20,986 nt of DNA from the NCBI GenBank assembly GCA_964450845.1, contig CAYVGZ010000019.1:1-20986 (forward strand), in the 5' to 3' direction. The notes beneath the pieces are model-generated. The model was not told the DNA's origin. It was given only the letters and a program-made list of their open reading frames with translations, and ran no database searches. The stretch's first letter is position 1; each line of letters starts with the position of its first letter. Source of the stretch: an uncultured Candidatus Bathyarchaeia archaeon (GTDB lineage: Archaea; Thermoproteota; Bathyarchaeia; Bathyarchaeales; Bathycorpusculaceae). The position numbers and the translations under genes are program-made. Of this stretch, positions 16,518 to 20,986 are shown one piece after another.

Positions 16518-16913
16518 TTGAAGAAAATTGGAGACCTAGTTCAAGAAGCAGATTGGAAGATGGAGAAACACGTACCAGTCATCGAATGTCAAGAAGCAGT
16601 AAAGGCTGACGAAATGTTTGAGGTTAAGGTCACAATAGGGAAAGAGATTGCACATCCTAACACCACCGAGCATCACATCGAATGGATATCAGTATTTTTC
16701 TATCCGACAGGCGAAAAATTCCCCTATCACATAGGACACTTTGAATTCACTACACATGGTGCTTCAGTTCAAGGTCCCAACACAAGTTCAATATACACTC
16801 ACCACGCAGTAACAACATGGTTCAAAACAAGTAAACCTGGAACAATTCTTGCACTCTCATCGTGTAACATTCACGGGCTATGGCAATCTTCAAAAGAAAT
16901 CAAAATTAAATAA
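16518..16913 (+). CDS. sor: Superoxide reductase (neelaredoxin, 1Fe-SOR)
   Basis: Motifs WKMEKHVPVI, HPNTTEHHI and SCNIHGLW; all iron ligands known from P. furiosus SOR are present. Confidence 0.95.
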   Translation: MKKIGDLVQEADWKMEKHVPVIECQEAVKADEMFEVKVTIGKEIAHPNTTEHHIEWISVFFYPTGEKFPYHIGHFEFTTHGASVQGPNTSSIYTHHAVTTWFKTSKPGTILALSSCNIHGLWQSSKEIKIK

Positions 16914-17029
16914 AGTTCTCAACCACCTCTTTTCTTTTTTCGGGCTTGAAGTGAACTTTTCCGATACGTATTTGAATCCAAATAGAGGGGTCGCGCTGTT
17001 GCACACACACGCCCAATTTTTCACAGCTT

Positions 17030-17500
17030 CTAACGGATTAGAAACGTTATTTCTTTCACAAGAGTTTCTGGAACAATTGCTCTTCCCCTACGCTTATTCA
17101 ACCTAACAAAACCAAATTTGCTCAACACTTGCAAGTCTTGATACACGTTCTTCACGTTTCGCCTCACCTTCTGAGCCAAATCATTTATCGACTCCACCCT
17201 CAAAACAGCAAGCCTATACAACAGTTCTACCCTCTTAGGCGTCAACAAAGCGGCTTGTTCCGGTTTAAAGTCTTTGATTTCCTCAACAGTGTAGTCCAAC
17301 GTTCCCTCCTCAATGTAGCCCTCATAGCTGTCCACAAGTTCAGCCCACTCAAAATAGACTCTAGCAAGTTTCGCATCCAACTTTTGCCCGAAAAATAGCT
17401 CCTGAAACTTTTCAAAACCCATGTCAAATTCCTTCTCAAATTTCCCAATTTTTCCTTCTATTTCTTCAGATGTTAAATTGCGTATGACTCTGATGAGCAT
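17030..17500 (-). CDS. Putative transcriptional regulator with C-terminal HTH (COG4190/HVO_A0114-like)
   Basis: LLTPKRVELL...SINDLAQKVRRNVKNVYQDLQVLSKFGFV...VP is a typical wHTH; acidic N-terminal domain. Confidence 0.7.
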   Translation of the reverse strand: MLIRVIRNLTSEEIEGKIGKFEKEFDMGFEKFQELFFGQKLDAKLARVYFEWAELVDSYEGYIEEGTLDYTVEEIKDFKPEQAALLTPKRVELLYRLAVLRVESINDLAQKVRRNVKNVYQDLQVLSKFGFVRLNKRRGRAIVPETLVKEITFLIR

Positions 17501-17612
17501 AACTATTCACAATTAAAGGTGAGCCAACTGTCTTAAAATCTTCGATGAAAACATTTAAAGCAGTTAATGAAAACTTTAAAATTCTGCCGAGAAATCATGG
17601 TATGATGCAAAA

Positions 17613-18530
17613 ATGCAAATAACAAAACTCGAGAACCACTTATATCAGATTGATGTTGAAACTGCTGGAATCAAGAATTTTATCGCCAGCTACGTATTAA
17701 AGGGAGAACAAACAGCAATGGTTGAAACAGGCCCAACTTCATCAGTGCCCAATCTGCTTTCGTGTTTAAAAAGACTAAGCGTAAAACTTGAGGACATAAC
17801 CTATGTTGCCGTTTCGCACATTCACTTGGACCACGGTGGAGGTGTTGGAACATTGCTGAAACACTTGCCGAAGGCCAAGGTCATAGTTCATCCAAGGGGA
17901 GTGCCTCATCTAGCAAATCCAGAAAAACTGTGGCAACAGTCCATGGAGGTTCTGGGAAACATAGCTGAAATATATGGTAAACCAGAACCTGTTTCTGAAG
18001 AGAGAATTGTTGCGGCAACGGATGGCATGGCTTTTGATATTGGTAGAGACATTAGCCTAAAAGTTGTAGAAACCCTCGGGCATGCTTCACACCACTTAAG
18101 CTATTATGAACCGTTAAGTGAAGGAATTTTTCCTGGGGACACTGCGGGCATTTACCTAAACGAAATTGATGTGATTGTGCCAACAACACCGTCGCCCTTC
18201 CGTCTGGACGTTGCATTAACTTCTTTAGATAAGCTAATCAGCCTAAAACCTAAGGTCTTGTATTACAGCCACTTTGGCAAAGCCTACAACGCTGTAGAAA
18301 AACTCCAAACCTATGCACAACAGCTTAAGCTTTGGGCAAAAATTACAAGGCAAGGAACAGAAAATAAGGATAACTTGGAAGCAATAAGTGAGAGAATAAT
18401 AGAAGGCGATGTGGCCGTTCGGAAAGCAAAAGAATACATTAAGGCGCATCCAGTTTTGAGCGAAACTGTACTTAATGAAAGTGTGCGGGGTTTTATTGAT
18501 TTTGTTGAAAAATTCGGGGAAACCCACTAG
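17613..18530 (+). CDS. Metallo-beta-lactamase-fold hydrolase
   Basis: Motifs SHIHLDHGGG, TLGHASHH, FPGDTAG and YSHFG. Confidence 0.93.
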   Translation: MQITKLENHLYQIDVETAGIKNFIASYVLKGEQTAMVETGPTSSVPNLLSCLKRLSVKLEDITYVAVSHIHLDHGGGVGTLLKHLPKAKVIVHPRGVPHLANPEKLWQQSMEVLGNIAEIYGKPEPVSEERIVAATDGMAFDIGRDISLKVVETLGHASHHLSYYEPLSEGIFPGDTAGIYLNEIDVIVPTTPSPFRLDVALTSLDKLISLKPKVLYYSHFGKAYNAVEKLQTYAQQLKLWAKITRQGTENKDNLEAISERIIEGDVAVRKAKEYIKAHPVLSETVLNESVRGFIDFVEKFGETH

Positions 18531-18538
18531 TAGTTTTG

Positions 18539-18569
18539 TTTTGGTGTAAACACCAAAATCGTTTATATT
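18539..18569 (+). promoter_or_regulatory. Palindromic operator plus TATA box of rtcB
   Basis: TTTTGGTGT-AA-ACACCAAAA (18539-18558) is followed 3 nt later by TTTATATT (18562-18569). Confidence 0.6.
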
Positions 18570-18603
18570 TTTGCTTTACCACTTCTGTGTATTAGGTGAA
18601 AAA

Positions 18604-20082
18604 ATGGAAGATGGAGAAGGTCGTTCTCCTACAGAAAAAATTCCACTTGAAAGAATAGACGATTACACTTGGCGCATTCCAAAATACAAGCCAGGCATGC
18701 GGGTTCCCGGCATAGTCTTTGCCAACAAAGAATTGTTAGAGAAAATGCAAACCGATAGAACCCTTTGGCAATGTGCAAATGTTGCTTATCTACCAGGCAT
18801 TTACAAGCACTCCATAACGTTGCCAGATGGACATGAAGGTTATGGTTTTCCTATAGGCGGTGTAGCCGCAACCGACTACGATGAAGGCGTAATTAGCCCA
18901 GGTGGAGTAGGCTACGACATAAACTGTGGGGTTCGTTTACTAACAACAAATCTTTCAGAGCAAGACATAAGGCCAAAGCTAGCAGAACTTGCAAGCGTGA
19001 TTTTTGATAATGTTCCATGCGGACTTGGAAGCCGTCGAAAAGACTTCAAAGTCACAATTCATGATTTGGATAGGCTTGTTGTGGAGGGTGTTCAATGGGT
19101 TATCGATCAAGGACTAGGCTGGTCTGAAGATGCTGAGCACTGCGAAGAACGTGGATGCATGAAAAACGCAAATCCAGATAAGGTTTCAACAACAGCTAAA
19201 AACAGAGGATTGACGCAAGTTGGCACTTTAGGCTCAGGGAACCATTTCCTAGAAGTCCAAAAAGTGGACAGAATTTACGATTCTAAAACTGCTAAAACCT
19301 TTGGAATCGAACATGAAGGACAAGTAACAGTTATGATTCACTGCGGCTCCAGAGGCTTTGGTCACCAAACATGCTCAGACTATTTGCGGGTTATGGAAAG
19401 AGCCGTGCACAAATATAAAATAACGTTGCCAGATCGGGAACTTGCGTGTGCTCCTGGAAACAGTAATGAGGCAGAAGACTATTATCAAGCAATGGCTTGT
19501 GCAGTTAATTATGCTTTTGCAAATCGTCAAGCGATAATGCACTGGATTAGACAGAGCTTTCAGCAAGTTTTTAAGGAAGATCCTGAAAGGTTTGGGCTAA
19601 AACTTGTTTATGATGTAGCCCATAACATCGCAAAAATAGAAAACCATAAAGTTAATGGGGAACAGAAGAAGGTTTGGGTTCACAGGAAAGGTGCAACACG
19701 CGCTTTTCCGCCTGGGAGTCCAGAAATACCAGCAGACTATAGTTCTGCAGGACAGCCAGTTCTCATACCAGGAAGCATGGGAACAAGCTCTTGGGTTCTG
19801 GTAGGCACAGAAAAAGCTATGCAATTAAGTTTCGGTTCTACGGCTCATGGAGCTGGTCGAATGTTAGGTAGGAGCGCTGCCAAAAGAAGGTTTTGGGGTG
19901 GAGACATAAAAATGGCTTTGGAACAACAGGGAATCGTTGTTAGGTCTGCAAGCTTAGTAGTTTTAGCTGAAGAGGCAGATCCCGCCTACAAAAATGTGGA
20001 TGTAGTTGTAGATGTAAGCGATCATGTTGGAATAGCTACAAAAGTTGCAAGAGTTGTTCCTTTGGCCGTCGTAAAAGGCTAA
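18604..20082 (+). CDS. rtcB: RtcB RNA-splicing ligase
   Basis: Motifs PDGHEGYGFPIGG, GYDINCG, GSGNHFLE, HCGSRG, YDVAHN, HRKGAT, PGSMG, HGAGR and C-terminal VKG. No intein. Start ATG 18604 follows AGGTGA + 4 nt. Confidence 0.97.
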   Translation: MEDGEGRSPTEKIPLERIDDYTWRIPKYKPGMRVPGIVFANKELLEKMQTDRTLWQCANVAYLPGIYKHSITLPDGHEGYGFPIGGVAATDYDEGVISPGGVGYDINCGVRLLTTNLSEQDIRPKLAELASVIFDNVPCGLGSRRKDFKVTIHDLDRLVVEGVQWVIDQGLGWSEDAEHCEERGCMKNANPDKVSTTAKNRGLTQVGTLGSGNHFLEVQKVDRIYDSKTAKTFGIEHEGQVTVMIHCGSRGFGHQTCSDYLRVMERAVHKYKITLPDRELACAPGNSNEAEDYYQAMACAVNYAFANRQAIMHWIRQSFQQVFKEDPERFGLKLVYDVAHNIAKIENHKVNGEQKKVWVHRKGATRAFPPGSPEIPADYSSAGQPVLIPGSMGTSSWVLVGTEKAMQLSFGSTAHGAGRMLGRSAAKRRFWGGDIKMALEQQGIVVRSASLVVLAEEADPAYKNVDVVVDVSDHVGIATKVARVVPLAVVKG

Positions 20083-20209
20083 GTTTGTTCTTGAAGCGTG
20101 AGCTTTCCTTCTTTATGAAATCCGAATATCAGTTAGGAGCTAGTGTTTATATTAAAAGTTTGAGTCTGCAATAATATTAACCGTTGGTTTGTAGTTGCTG
20201 GTGGTTTAG

Positions 20210-20878
20210 GTGCCGTTTAAAGATGAATGTGGAATATGCGGCAGGGTTCTTCCGTACAGCTATCTTAGACGATGCTATAGATGTGGGCGAATATATTGTA
20301 GAGATTGCATGGTTCCAGACGTTGCGACAGGCGACCCTACTAAGCTATTGTGTCTTAACTGTGCAAGAAGGACAATTTCGCCTAGGTCTGTTTCTAAGTA
20401 TGGCGGGCTTAGTAGTTATCTGAAGTTTAGGGCTTCATTTACGAATGTTGTTAAGCTTAGTTTTGCAAGGATGGACGGTATTATAGGCGATAATTTGCCG
20501 ATGAGTGCATATCGTGATGAAAAATGGTGGAGTAACGTGTTGACTAATGTGCACGCTAAGGCTTGGCTGGATGCTGGGTGGAATGTGCAGGAAGTGAATT
20601 TGAAGGATGGCTACGTGGTTTTCAAAAAAGTGAAGGATGTAAAAGCAAAAAGCTTTAGAAGAAAAGCCTCACGCAATGAGATTAAGAAGCCTTTTACTCC
20701 AGCCCGCGTTCGCATTCCAAAGCCTAAGACACCGTCGAAGACTAAGGTTTCGAAGCTTTATGCTCGGGTTAAGAATTTGGAGCGGCAAAGGGCTTCTATG
20801 CCAGTGTATCATGGCAGTTTTAAGCCGAAACCCACGCATGAGAAGAAACTGTTCAAGCCTGAAAAGAAACCGCAGTAG
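20210..20878 (+). CDS. Zinc-finger (4x CxxC) protein with a DUF7662-like central domain and basic C-terminal tail
   Basis: CGIC...CYRC...CRDC...CLNC, then KYGGLSSYL...LSFARMDGIIGDNLPMSAY...WWSN...HAKAWLDAGWNV...VVF, then a K/R/P-rich tail. The domain name is from recall and is unverified. Confidence 0.75.
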   Translation: MPFKDECGICGRVLPYSYLRRCYRCGRIYCRDCMVPDVATGDPTKLLCLNCARRTISPRSVSKYGGLSSYLKFRASFTNVVKLSFARMDGIIGDNLPMSAYRDEKWWSNVLTNVHAKAWLDAGWNVQEVNLKDGYVVFKKVKDVKAKSFRRKASRNEIKKPFTPARVRIPKPKTPSKTKVSKLYARVKNLERQRASMPVYHGSFKPKPTHEKKLFKPEKKPQ

Positions 20879-20931
20879 ATGGGTGGAAAAGAAATTTTAT
20901 TTAGCTCAGCTTAATAATGTATGCGAAAGTA

Positions 20932-20986
20932 GCGGTCGTCGTCTAGTCTGGTTTAGGACACAAGCCTTCCAAGCTTGCGATCCCGG
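20932..20986 (+). tRNA. tRNA-Gly(TCC), truncated by the window end
   Basis: Acceptor 5' strand GCGGTCG; D-arm GTC...GAC; anticodon arm CAAGC-CT-TCC-AA-GCTTG (anticodon 20968-20970); T-stem begins with CCGG. Confidence 0.95.

Noticed and set aside
13121-17030. Intact mobile element bounded by tRNA-derived att sites
   Set aside because: No integrase or transposase and no second copy of the tRNA-like repeat were seen; the fragment's orientation would place an element over housekeeping genes to its left.
1374-20423. Numerous 60-160 aa ORFs overlapping larger genes (e.g. 1889-2314, 3202-3594, 5730-6098, 10438-10926, 19375-19566)
   Set aside because: Antisense or alternative-frame shadows of well-supported genes, with no motifs.
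1-20986. CRISPR array, rRNA, or intein in rtcB
   Set aside because: No regularly spaced repeats or rRNA-like sequence were seen; RtcB is normal length with contiguous motifs.

Overview
Archaeal chromosomal window, probably from a Bathyarchaeia-like (TACK) anaerobe; this is inferred from gene content and AGGTGA-type Shine-Dalgarno (SD) sites, not from a database search. It has four blocks. (1) 1-8 kb: the 5' part of aRF1, then an H4MPT/F420 C1 cluster (ftr, cofE, a ferredoxin-FrhB-family protein, F420-dependent mtd) and, in tandem with mtd, a bacterial-type NAD(P)-dependent MtdA/B carrying a ~220-aa N-terminal domain of apparent TraB/ChaN-like fold. (2) 8-12.9 kb: membrane proteins, including a winged-helix/VIT1-like fusion, plus an M42 peptidase, a C_GCAxxG_C_C protein, archease and adk. 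(3) 13.1-16.9 kb: an iron/oxidative-stress cluster (Fur/PerR, DPS-like protein, ZIP, Rieske ferredoxin, ferritin-like protein, superoxide reductase). It has several odd features: an in-frame TGA in Fur, ACG at the expected start position of both ferritin-like genes, a decayed desulforedoxin, and a tRNA-like 3' fragment at its left edge. (4) 17-21 kb: an HTH protein, an MBL hydrolase, rtcB preceded by a near-perfect palindrome, an 8-Cys zinc-finger protein and a truncated tRNA-Gly(TCC). No CRISPR array, integrase or transposase is visible.
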